Assembly (NCBI GenBank): GCA_016432645.1
Contig: CP066698.1
Location: 325,062-389,061, forward strand
Length of the DNA stretch: 64,000 bases
Direction of reading: 5' to 3'
Source: Candidatus Falkowbacteria bacterium
Lineage (GTDB): Bacteria; Patescibacteriota; Patescibacteriia; Patescibacteriales; UBA12465
Shown here: one piece after another, positions 20,716-29,244 of the stretch
How the letters are laid out: the number at the start of each line of letters is the position of its first letter
Position numbering within the stretch: the stretch's first letter is position 1
Position numbers and translations under genes: made by a program
The notes under the pieces: generated by a model
What the model saw: the letters and a program-made list of their open reading frames with translations, nothing else
What the model was told of the DNA's origin: nothing
Databases searched by the model: none

Positions 20716-21174
20716 TTAGGCAAAGGCTTCCTGATAGTTTTTGTGGGTGGACTTAAAGATTCCCACAATTTTTTGTGCTTGCGGACGGCGCATGTAGCTC
20801 ACCATTAGCATAAAATCGCTAATGGCATGCAATTCGCCACTACGAGCCGACTTCAACTCTTCCCGACAAACAGGGTCATTACAGCATAATAGACCGCCGT
20901 TAACAGTGCCAAAATCCGGCAGCAAAAAATTCATAACTTTAGCGGCCTTACAATAAGGACAATCCTTAGTTACATCGATTCCCCGAATTTTTTCTAAGAG
21001 ATTTTCTACTGCCAATTGCAGCTGATTAGGAGTTTTTATCGCCGTCTTATTTTTAAAAGACCGCTGATAAAGTCGGGCGATATGGATTGGGTCTTTCAAA
21101 AAAACTTGCTCCACAGAAAAATTTTTATATACCCCACTCTGGAACACATAAGAATATTCTTGCTTCTCGGCCAT
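20716..21174 (-). CDS. Hypothetical protein with a possible Zn-binding site
   Basis: 152 aa; CPYC ... CCNDPVC. Confidence 0.65.
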   Translation of the reverse strand: MAEKQEYSYVFQSGVYKNFSVEQVFLKDPIHIARLYQRSFKNKTAIKTPNQLQLAVENLLEKIRGIDVTKDCPYCKAAKVMNFLLPDFGTVNGGLLCCNDPVCREELKSARSGELHAISDFMLMVSYMRRPQAQKIVGIFKSTHKNYQEAFA

Positions 21175-21254
21175 GACTAAAAGTTTTAGTTAGTAATATT
21201 GTTTGAGAACTAATTTATCTTTAACACGAAACTTGAAAAAAATCAAGAGAAAAT

Positions 21255-21470
21255 AAAAAAGGGCAGAGTTTAATCTCTACCCTTAAGTTCTTGGTGAGGA
21301 GGCTCATCTCCTAAACCTTAAACGTTTGACGCGGAACCTGAGTTCCAAATGGGGCTGTTTGCCCACCCAGGAAGCCTTATTTCAAGCATATTTTTTGTCT
21401 TTTCTTATCCCGAAAGGCTGATGGCGTCGGCATTCTTGCATTCTTTATGAACACTTATGAACAAAGCACT
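21255..21470 (-). ncRNA. Candidate structured non-coding RNA of unknown family
   Basis: TTGACA-17-TATACT promoter (21505-21477), several nested helices, terminator at 21282-21255, and no ATG-initiated ORF longer than about 23 codons on this strand. Confidence 0.5.
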
Positions 21471-21585
21471 GCGGATAGTATACTACAAAGAAAAATATAT
21501 GTCAATAGTAAAAACGACTTATAAATATAAATGGCTTTTTTGTCAAATATGAGCAAAAATACTAAGTATATGCTATAATTTCCTT

Positions 21586-22206
21586 ATGTTAAACCTAGAA
21601 ACAGAAAATAATTTTTTTAAACTCGGCTACCAGCTGATTGGCGGTGTGGATGAAGCTGGGCGCGGTCCTTTAGCCGGGCCGGTGGTCGCGGCTTGCGTAG
21701 TTATTGGCCCGGATTTTAAAATAGAACCGGGAGATTTAGAACTGGTTGCCGATTCTAAAAAGCTCTCCGCTAAAAAACGAGAGCTTATCTTCAAGGCCAT
21801 CAGAGAGAAGGTGCTAGCTGTTGAAATTGGCGTCGTGAGCCACGAAGACATTGATAAAATAAATATTTTACAAGCCAGTTTTTTGGCAATGAGGCGCGCC
21901 ATCAAAAAATTAAAAATTGAACCAGATTATATTTTGCTGGACGGCGGCTTTAAAATACCTAAATTAACGAAACCACAGACCGCTATTATAAAAGGCGATG
22001 CTAAAGTTTGGGTAATTGCTGCTGCTTCTATTATTGCCAAAGTCAGCCGTGACTGGATAATGACGGAGGCCGATAAAGAATATCCACAATATTTATTCGC
22101 CAAGCATAAAGGCTACGGAACCAAGGAACATTTAGCGATGATAGAAAAATATGGCCCCTGCCCTATTCATCGCCGTTCTTTTGCGCCAATAAAAGATATG
22201 CCTTAA
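21586..22206 (+). CDS. rnhB: Ribonuclease HII
   Basis: GVDEAGRGPLAGPV, DSKKL, KGD, AASIIAKV and HKGYGT. Confidence 0.97.
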   Translation: MLNLETENNFFKLGYQLIGGVDEAGRGPLAGPVVAACVVIGPDFKIEPGDLELVADSKKLSAKKRELIFKAIREKVLAVEIGVVSHEDIDKINILQASFLAMRRAIKKLKIEPDYILLDGGFKIPKLTKPQTAIIKGDAKVWVIAAASIIAKVSRDWIMTEADKEYPQYLFAKHKGYGTKEHLAMIEKYGPCPIHRRSFAPIKDMP

Positions 22207-22224
22207 TTCTCAATCTAGTAAAAC

Positions 22225-22249
22225 AAAAACCGCCTAACCGGCGGTTTTT
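22225..22249. terminator. Bidirectional terminator between rnhB and typA
   Basis: AAAAACCGCC-TAACC-GGCGGTTTTT. Confidence 0.8.
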
Positions 22250-22270
22250 ATATTTTACTTTTCAAAAAAT

Positions 22271-24055
22271 TTATCTTTTAGCGCGGGCGCGTTCAACTTC
22301 AGTTAGATACTGCTTGCGCATGCGGATGCTTTTGGGTGTTACTTCCAAATATTCATCATCGTTAATAATGCTTAGGCCTCTTTCCAGGCTTAATTCCCAA
22401 GGCGGAGTTAAAGTAATGGCTTCATCGGAACCGGAAGCGCGGACATTGGTGAGCTTTTTGCCCTTAATCGGATTGACAGCCATATCATTACCCTTGGCGA
22501 CATTGCCAAGCACCATGCCTTCATAAACTTCAGTATTGGGCTGGATATATAAAACGCCGCGATCTTGAAGATTCCATAAAGAATAAGCAAGCGCCTTGCC
22601 GGTAACCATGGAAACCATTGAACCAAGAGCACTTCTTTCAATCTCGCCCGCCCAAGGACGGAAACCTAAAAAATGAGTGCATAAAATTCCTTCCCCGCGC
22701 GTATCAACCACAAATTCTTCACGATAACCGAGTAAGCCGCGAGTTGGAATTGCAAAAATAATCCGAGTCTGGCCATTATGAGTTTTCATATCAGTTAACT
22801 GGCCTTTGCGCTTAGACATTTTTTCAATAATCACGCCGGAAGAAGTCTCGGGAATATCGATACTCGCTTCTTCATAAGGCTCCATTTGAATCCCATTTTC
22901 TTCTTTAATAATTACTTGGGGCTGGGAAACCTGAAGCTCAAAACCTTCCCGGCGCATATTTTCCAATAAGACGGCGATATGTAATTCACCGCGGCCGTAA
23001 ACTTTATAGGAATTGGTGTCAGAGAAATCAATTTTTAAACCGACATTAACTTCCAATTCTTTTTCCAAGCGCTCCTTAATTTGTCGATTAGTGACAAACT
23101 TCCCTTCGCGTCCGGCAAATGGCGAATTATTAACTAGAAAACTTAAGCAGATAGTCGGCTCATCAATATTGATTGCCGGCAACGGCTCTTGGCTGGCGCT
23201 GGCGCAAATCGTTTCGCCAATATAAATATCTGATAAGCCGGCGATTAAAACAATATCGCCCACGGAGGCCTCTGTTGATTCCTGTCTAGCCAGGCCTTTA
23301 AAAGTAAAGAGTTTAGTAACCTTCCCGGAGCGATCTTGATTGGCCAAATTCTTAACCACCACTTGTTGGCCGCTCTGAATCTTGCCTTGATAAATTCTGG
23401 CAATCGCGCAGCGTCCTAAAAAATTATCATAAGCTAAATTAAAAGGCTGGGCGAGTAAAGGTTCGGCTAAAGCCTCAGCACTGGAAGCCGGGACGACATG
23501 GTCTAAAATAGTATCTAAAAGCGGGTTAAGATTATCAACTAATTCATCAGCCTTGAGCCCGGCTAAACCGCCCTTGCTGATGGTATAAACCACTGGGAAA
23601 TTAAGCTGTTCATCATTGGCTCCCAAATCTAAAAATAATTCATAAACCATTTCCGCTACTTCCGCGGGACGGGCGGCTGGTTTATCAACCTTATTAATAA
23701 CCACAATCGGCTTCAAGCCCAACTCCAAAGATTTTTTTAAAACAAATTTAGTCTGCGGCATCGGCCCCTCCTGCGCATCAACAACTAATAAAACAGAGTC
23801 AATGGAACGCAAAACCCGCTCCACTTCGGAACTAAAGTCGGCATGCCCCGGAGTATCAACGATATTTATCTTGGAATCCTTATAAAAAAGACTGGCATTT
23901 TTAGCGTAAATAGTGATGCCGCGTTCCTGCTCAATTGAGTTGCTGTCCATAGTGGTATTGTCAGTAACCATCCCGGTCTGGCGCAGAAGCGAATCGGTTA
24001 AAGTTGTTTTGCCGTGATCAACGTGGGCAATAATCGCAATATTTCTAATATCCAT
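22271..24055 (-). CDS. typA: Translational GTPase TypA/BipA
   Basis: IAHVDHGKTT, DTPGHADF, NKVD, GRGELH and KKLTNVRASGSD. Confidence 0.97.
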   Translation of the reverse strand: MDIRNIAIIAHVDHGKTTLTDSLLRQTGMVTDNTTMDSNSIEQERGITIYAKNASLFYKDSKINIVDTPGHADFSSEVERVLRSIDSVLLVVDAQEGPMPQTKFVLKKSLELGLKPIVVINKVDKPAARPAEVAEMVYELFLDLGANDEQLNFPVVYTISKGGLAGLKADELVDNLNPLLDTILDHVVPASSAEALAEPLLAQPFNLAYDNFLGRCAIARIYQGKIQSGQQVVVKNLANQDRSGKVTKLFTFKGLARQESTEASVGDIVLIAGLSDIYIGETICASASQEPLPAINIDEPTICLSFLVNNSPFAGREGKFVTNRQIKERLEKELEVNVGLKIDFSDTNSYKVYGRGELHIAVLLENMRREGFELQVSQPQVIIKEENGIQMEPYEEASIDIPETSSGVIIEKMSKRKGQLTDMKTHNGQTRIIFAIPTRGLLGYREEFVVDTRGEGILCTHFLGFRPWAGEIERSALGSMVSMVTGKALAYSLWNLQDRGVLYIQPNTEVYEGMVLGNVAKGNDMAVNPIKGKKLTNVRASGSDEAITLTPPWELSLERGLSIINDDEYLEVTPKSIRMRKQYLTEVERARAKR

Positions 24056-24171
24056 AATTTTAGATGCTTTTTAAGCAATGATTAACTGTAATTTTTCAAA
24101 CAGAAAACGCGACCGTTAGTCGCGCTTTTCTGACAAACTTGTCTCTATAATACATTGATAATCATTTTATG

Positions 24172-25458
24172 TCAAGACACGACCTCTTCTTTACCAGTTT
24201 TCATGTCTTTAATTTTATATTTGTGTTTTTTATTCTCATCTTCGCCAAAAATTACCACTTTAGCGAATCCTTTCTTATTGGCAAAATCCAGCGCCTTACC
24301 AATTTTTTGCTCCTCTAGGCCAGCAAAGACCTGCTTCCCGGCGGCGCGTAATTTTTTAATCAGCTTTTGCGACTCTAAATATAAATCACGGCTTAAAAGC
24401 GGGAAATAATATTTTTCCTGAGCGCCAAAACGATTTTCATCAATTAAATTCCAATTTTCTAAAAATATTTTAGTGACCTCATCTCCGGGAGCAAAACCGA
24501 CAGCTGGAAAATTCTTTTCGCCGAATATTTCCGCCAAGCCATTATAGCGGCCGCCGCCGAACATAGAACGATTGTTTTCCGGATGCTTATCAATCGCTTC
24601 AAAAACTAAGCCATCATAATAATCAAAACCGCGGATAACCGAGGGATCAAATTCTACCAAGCTGCCATAGCCTAAATCGTTTAAATTTTTTATTGCTCCG
24701 GCAATTTCTAAAAATCCGGCGTTATTTTTTAGGGCCGGCAAATTTTTGGCTAATTCCGCCAAACTGGTGCTGGTCATAAATTCTTCCAAAATAGTGCTGG
24801 CTTCCGATTTTAAACCGGCCGCAGCTAATCGTTCGCGGATTGCGCTGAGCGGCAACTTTTTCCATTTATCCAGAGTCCGCACGACCGCCGCTTTATTTTC
24901 CGCTTTTAGTTTTCCGGCACCGGATAATTCTAAAACACCGTCAATCAGCCGGCGGCTATTTAGATGCAAAGCAAAAGAATTTTTTGGCGGTTTAAATTCT
25001 AAAACTAAATCTAAGGCCAAACATAGTATTTCTAAATCAGAGGCTGGGTCGGCGCTGCCAAAAATATCACAATTAAGCTGCCAGAATTCGCGATTCCGTC
25101 CGCGCTGCGGTTTTTCATTGCGCATAAAGTTGGCAATGGAAAAATATTTAAGCGGTTTCGGACTAGCGGCATAAACTTTAGAAACCATGCGCACCACCGA
25201 CGGTGTCATTTCTGGCCGGATAGATAATTCCCGACCACCTAAATCTGAAAAAGTAACGAGCTCTTTGCCGCCGACATCTTCCCCGGATTTAGCGCGATAG
25301 ATTTCCGCGCTTTCAACAATCGGGGTTAAATATTCTTCAAAGCCATAGCGCAAACAAACCCGGCGCCAGCAATCAAAGATATATTTACGCACGGCGAATT
25401 CTGCCGGAATCCAATCCAGAGTGCCCTTAGGCTCTTGTTTTGATAAAACTTTAGTCAT
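24172..25458 (-). CDS. hisS: Histidine--tRNA ligase
   Basis: PKGT.D, RPEMT, RNEKPQRGRNREFWQ, RGFDYY and GGGRY. Confidence 0.95.
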   Translation of the reverse strand: MTKVLSKQEPKGTLDWIPAEFAVRKYIFDCWRRVCLRYGFEEYLTPIVESAEIYRAKSGEDVGGKELVTFSDLGGRELSIRPEMTPSVVRMVSKVYAASPKPLKYFSIANFMRNEKPQRGRNREFWQLNCDIFGSADPASDLEILCLALDLVLEFKPPKNSFALHLNSRRLIDGVLELSGAGKLKAENKAAVVRTLDKWKKLPLSAIRERLAAAGLKSEASTILEEFMTSTSLAELAKNLPALKNNAGFLEIAGAIKNLNDLGYGSLVEFDPSVIRGFDYYDGLVFEAIDKHPENNRSMFGGGRYNGLAEIFGEKNFPAVGFAPGDEVTKIFLENWNLIDENRFGAQEKYYFPLLSRDLYLESQKLIKKLRAAGKQVFAGLEEQKIGKALDFANKKGFAKVVIFGEDENKKHKYKIKDMKTGKEEVVS

Positions 25459-25587
25459 AAATTTATGATACTATTTTCTTATTTTTTAAGCAAATATCTC
25501 CATAAAATGATTTTATCTTAAAAATATAAAAAAATTAAGCTTAGTTTAAGAGTCGCTTGTTATAATTAGTTAATAAAAAATAAAAAT

Positions 25588-26268
25588 ATGAAAATCTTAA
25601 TTATTGAAGACAACCCGGGAATCGTCCAATTCCTAAAAAAGAGTCTCAGCGCCAAATCATTTCTGGTTGAAGATGCCAGCGACGGCGAACGCGGCGCCTT
25701 TATGGCCCGAACCGGCAATTATGATTTGATTATTCTGGATAATTCCCTGCCAAAAATGTCGGGCCTGGAAATTTTAAAAGAAATTCGCCAGGAAAAAAAA
25801 TATTTACCGGTCATAATGCTGACCGTTAAAGCGGAATTAGACGATAAAAAAACCGCCTTTGATTTAGGAGCGGATGATTACCTGAGCAAACCATTTTTAT
25901 TGGAAGAGCTGATTATGCGCATTGAGGCGCTGCTTAGAAGACCAAGTTATATTGAAAAATCGATAAGCCGGCTTGGTAATTTAATATTGGATTCTAAAAT
26001 TGGCTGTTTTAAACGAGCCGGCAAAGAGCTCTATTTAACTAGGCGTGAACACGGCTTACTGGAATATCTTTTGCGCCGTAAAAATGAAATTGTTTCCCGG
26101 GGGGAAATTTTAGAAAATGTTTGGAACTATAATGCCGACCCCTTTTCTAGCTCAATCGAAACGCACATCGCCAGCCTGAGACGGAAATTAAATCGGGGCA
26201 ACGAACGCAACCTTATCCATACTTTTTCCGGACGCGGCTATAAATTAGCGCTCAAAAAAATGGATTGA
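25588..26268 (+). CDS. OmpR-family response regulator (no kinase in the window)
   Basis: ILIIED, LD..LP, GADDY..KPF receiver domain and a winged-helix output domain ending GRGY. Confidence 0.92.
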   Translation: MKILIIEDNPGIVQFLKKSLSAKSFLVEDASDGERGAFMARTGNYDLIILDNSLPKMSGLEILKEIRQEKKYLPVIMLTVKAELDDKKTAFDLGADDYLSKPFLLEELIMRIEALLRRPSYIEKSISRLGNLILDSKIGCFKRAGKELYLTRREHGLLEYLLRRKNEIVSRGEILENVWNYNADPFSSSIETHIASLRRKLNRGNERNLIHTFSGRGYKLALKKMD

Positions 26269-27444
26269 TTAAGGAAGAAATTTTTTCCCCTTAATTTTTT
26301 CCGGTAAATATTCTTGATTGGAATCATCTTGATGCGGCGTATATTTATAATTTTTACCATAATCCAGTTCCTTCATTAACTTGGTCGGGGCGTTGCGCAG
26401 ATAAAGCGGTACCGGCAGATTGCCGCTTCTTTGAACCTCGGCCTGGGCGGATAAATAAGCCTCGTAGACAGCCACGCTCTTAGGGGATTTGGCTAAATAA
26501 GCAACGCAATGCGCCAAGTTAACCGCACATTCAGGCAGGCCGATTTTGTGACAGGCTTCATAAGCGGCAGTCGCCAGCATCAAGGCGCTATTATTGGCTA
26601 AGCCAATATCTTCCGAGGCAAATCTAATTAGACGCCGCGCTACATAAAGTGGGTCCTCCCCCGCCTCCAGCATCCGCGCCAAATAATAAATAGCGGCGTC
26701 GGCATTATTCCCGCGCATTGATTTATGAAGTGCGGAAATTAAATTATAATGCTCCTCGCCCTTTTTATCATACAAAAGTCCGGGCTTATTAATAATATCT
26801 TTAATGAGCTGAGCGGTTATTTCTCCTTGGTGGTTATAAGCGCTTTCTAAAATACCAAGCGCTTTACGGGCGTCGCCATTCGCCATCTGAGAGATTAAGC
26901 CGCTGATTTCTTTATTCAATTTAATATCTAAACGCTTGGCGGCTAATTTGATAATTTTTTCCAAACTAGCGGGCTCTAAAGCTTCCAAAACCACAACTTT
27001 AACGCGCGACAAAAGCGCGCCATTAACCGCGAAGCTGGGATTTTCGGTAGTGGCGCCAATCAGCGTAATCGTTCCATTTTCCACCTGCGGCAACAACGCG
27101 TCCTGCTGTGCTTTATTCCAACGATGAATTTCATCAATAAACAAAAAAGTTTTTTGGCCTAGACGCTGACTGCTCTTGGCGCGATCGACGACGACTTTTA
27201 AATCCTTAATCCCGCTTTCCGTAGCACTGAATTCCACAAACTCCGCCTTGGTTTCTTTGGCAATAATAAAAGCCAGAGTCGTTTTGCCGCTTCCCGGCGG
27301 ACCCCAAAAAATAAGCGAAGGCACCCGGTCTTCTTTAATCGCTTGATAAAGCCAGGTATTTGCCCCGATAATTTTTTCTTGGCCGATGAATTCCGCTAGT
27401 TTTTGCGGGCGGAAATAAGTCGCCAAAGGCATGTTTTCCCACAT
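26269..27444 (-). CDS. rarA: Replication-associated recombination protein RarA/MgsA
   Basis: PLA..RP, GPPGSGKTT, DEIHR, GATTENP, SALHKSMRG and ASEDIG. Confidence 0.95.
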   Translation of the reverse strand: MWENMPLATYFRPQKLAEFIGQEKIIGANTWLYQAIKEDRVPSLIFWGPPGSGKTTLAFIIAKETKAEFVEFSATESGIKDLKVVVDRAKSSQRLGQKTFLFIDEIHRWNKAQQDALLPQVENGTITLIGATTENPSFAVNGALLSRVKVVVLEALEPASLEKIIKLAAKRLDIKLNKEISGLISQMANGDARKALGILESAYNHQGEITAQLIKDIINKPGLLYDKKGEEHYNLISALHKSMRGNNADAAIYYLARMLEAGEDPLYVARRLIRFASEDIGLANNSALMLATAAYEACHKIGLPECAVNLAHCVAYLAKSPKSVAVYEAYLSAQAEVQRSGNLPVPLYLRNAPTKLMKELDYGKNYKYTPHQDDSNQEYLPEKIKGKKFLP

Positions 27445-27460
27445 AATTTAAATATAGCAT

Positions 27461-27518
27461 TTGACGGCGCAAAAGCAAGCGTGTATAATTTTAATACCTA
27501 CACCCCAGGTGTTGGTAT
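27461..27518 (+). promoter_or_regulatory. Sigma-70 promoter plus CsoR-type operator
   Basis: TTGACG(27461)-17-TATAAT(27484); inverted repeat ATACC-T-ACACC-CCA-GGTGT-T-GGTAT at 27494-27518 just before csoR. Confidence 0.75.
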
Positions 27519-27534
27519 AATTATAATTAAACAT

Positions 27535-27807
27535 ATGAGCGAAAACAAAAAAGACATCATGATTAATTTTAAAAAAGCCAAAAGCCTAATGGATAAGTTA
27601 ATATCTATGACTGAAGACGGCGAATATTGCATTGACATCATGCAACAGAATCTAGCTGCTATCGGTCTCCTGAAATCCGCCCACCAAATGCTGATGGCCG
27701 GACATCTTAATACCTGCTTTAAAAATGCCATGGCTTCTAAAAACGAAAAATTAAAAGCCAAAATGGTTGAAGAAATTTTAAAAGTTAATAAATTGGCCGC
27801 TAAATAA
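27535..27807 (+). CDS. csoR: CsoR/RcnR-family metal-sensing repressor
   Basis: Start taken at MSENKK (ATG 27535); Cys (YCIDIMQQ) and HLNTC metal ligands. Confidence 0.85.
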   Translation: MSENKKDIMINFKKAKSLMDKLISMTEDGEYCIDIMQQNLAAIGLLKSAHQMLMAGHLNTCFKNAMASKNEKLKAKMVEEILKVNKLAAK

Positions 27808-27824
27808 GCGGTTGAAATAAAAAT

Positions 27825-29222
27825 ATGCCCAAGCTTGTCGTTCCTATTTCCGGCCTGCATTGCAAGGCCTGTGAAATTTTAACCGAAGACGCCCTTCGGG
27901 AAATTAAGGAAGTATCAAAAGTTAACGTTAATCATAAAACCGGCCTGGCCGAAATAGAATATGAAGGCGATGAACCTAAAATAGCAGAAATTAAAACCGC
28001 TCTGGAAGAAAGCGGCTACGGCTTGGGAAAAATTAAAACCCGGATTGAAAATAAAAATGGACAAAATTTAAACTGTGATTTAACGGAGACCAGGCATCAG
28101 CCAAAAGATTTTAGCTTTTATATTACCGTGATTGCCGCGGTAGCAATTATTTATCTGCTTCTTAATCGCACGACTTCCCTGCCTTTCGGAGGCTTATTAG
28201 AACAGAATTTTTCTTGGCCGCTGGCGATTATTGTCGGCCTAGTGGCCGGGGTTTCAACTTGTCTAGCGCTAGTTGGCGGCTTAGTCTTAAGCCTGGCGGC
28301 TAACTATGCGCAAAACCATCCCGAGGCCACCAAAAAAGAAAAGTTCCGGCCGCACATCTTTTTTAATCTTGGACGCATCGGCGGTTTTTTCTTTCTGGGC
28401 GGCATTTTAGGAGTTATCGGCTCCGCTTTTAAATTATCACCATTAGCCAATTCACTGATAACTATTATTATCGGTTTTGTGGTTTTAATTCTGGGATTGA
28501 AACTGCTGGAGATTTTCCCGAGCCTCGCTCGATTTGATTTTTCGCTGCCAAAAAAATTCGGCAAAATAATAAAAATCAATGACCCGTTTGTTTTAGGGGT
28601 GCTGACTTTTTTCCTGCCCTGCGGCTTCACCCAAGCCATGCAAATATATGCCCTCGGAACCGGAAATTTTCTTCAAGGAGGACTAATTATGGCACTATTT
28701 GCCCTGGGAACAGCTCCAGGATTTTTAGGAATTGGCGGCCTTAGCGCTCTTGGAGGCAAAAAAAAATCCAGCGCCTTCTTTATGGTCGCCGGCATAATCG
28801 TCGTCGCTTTCGGAATTTTCAATTTAGCCAACGGTTATCGCCTCTTTAAAATCTCTTCCGGTTTTGATTTCAACAAGATAGCCCTGAAAACGGAAGCGGA
28901 AACTAAAAATACAAATTCCAACATTGAAGAGGAGGACGGGGTTAGAATAATCAGAATGAAGGAAACTAATCGCGGTTACTCCCCCAATAATTTCACAATC
29001 CTTAAAGGCCAGCCGGTTAAATTCATTATTGATGCCCAAGCGCCATATTCTTGCGCCAGCGCTTTAGTAATTCCCTATCTTAAAATTCAAACCCAATTAA
29101 AACCCGGCGAAAACATCCTGGAATTTACGCCCGATAAAGTTGGAGAAATTCCCTTCTCCTGTTCTATGGGCATGTACACCGGCCAGTTCCTGGTAGTGGA
29201 TGACAAAAGCCAGCTACGCTAA
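27825..29222 (+). CDS. HMA + DsbD_2/TauE-like membrane domain + cupredoxin fusion (copper/heavy-metal handling)
   Basis: GLHCKAC, STC..GG, FLPCGFTQ and C-terminal FSCSMGM. Confidence 0.85.
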   Translation: MPKLVVPISGLHCKACEILTEDALREIKEVSKVNVNHKTGLAEIEYEGDEPKIAEIKTALEESGYGLGKIKTRIENKNGQNLNCDLTETRHQPKDFSFYITVIAAVAIIYLLLNRTTSLPFGGLLEQNFSWPLAIIVGLVAGVSTCLALVGGLVLSLAANYAQNHPEATKKEKFRPHIFFNLGRIGGFFFLGGILGVIGSAFKLSPLANSLITIIIGFVVLILGLKLLEIFPSLARFDFSLPKKFGKIIKINDPFVLGVLTFFLPCGFTQAMQIYALGTGNFLQGGLIMALFALGTAPGFLGIGGLSALGGKKKSSAFFMVAGIIVVAFGIFNLANGYRLFKISSGFDFNKIALKTEAETKNTNSNIEEEDGVRIIRMKETNRGYSPNNFTILKGQPVKFIIDAQAPYSCASALVIPYLKIQTQLKPGENILEFTPDKVGEIPFSCSMGMYTGQFLVVDDKSQLR

Positions 29223-29244
29223 ATAAACTAAAGCAAAATATTGA

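Noticed and set aside
21290..21430. Fluoride or c-di-GMP riboswitch, or hammerhead, suggested by GCTGATG and GGGCAAAC words
   Set aside because: Spacing and the other conserved elements do not fit. Kept only as an unassigned ncRNA candidate.
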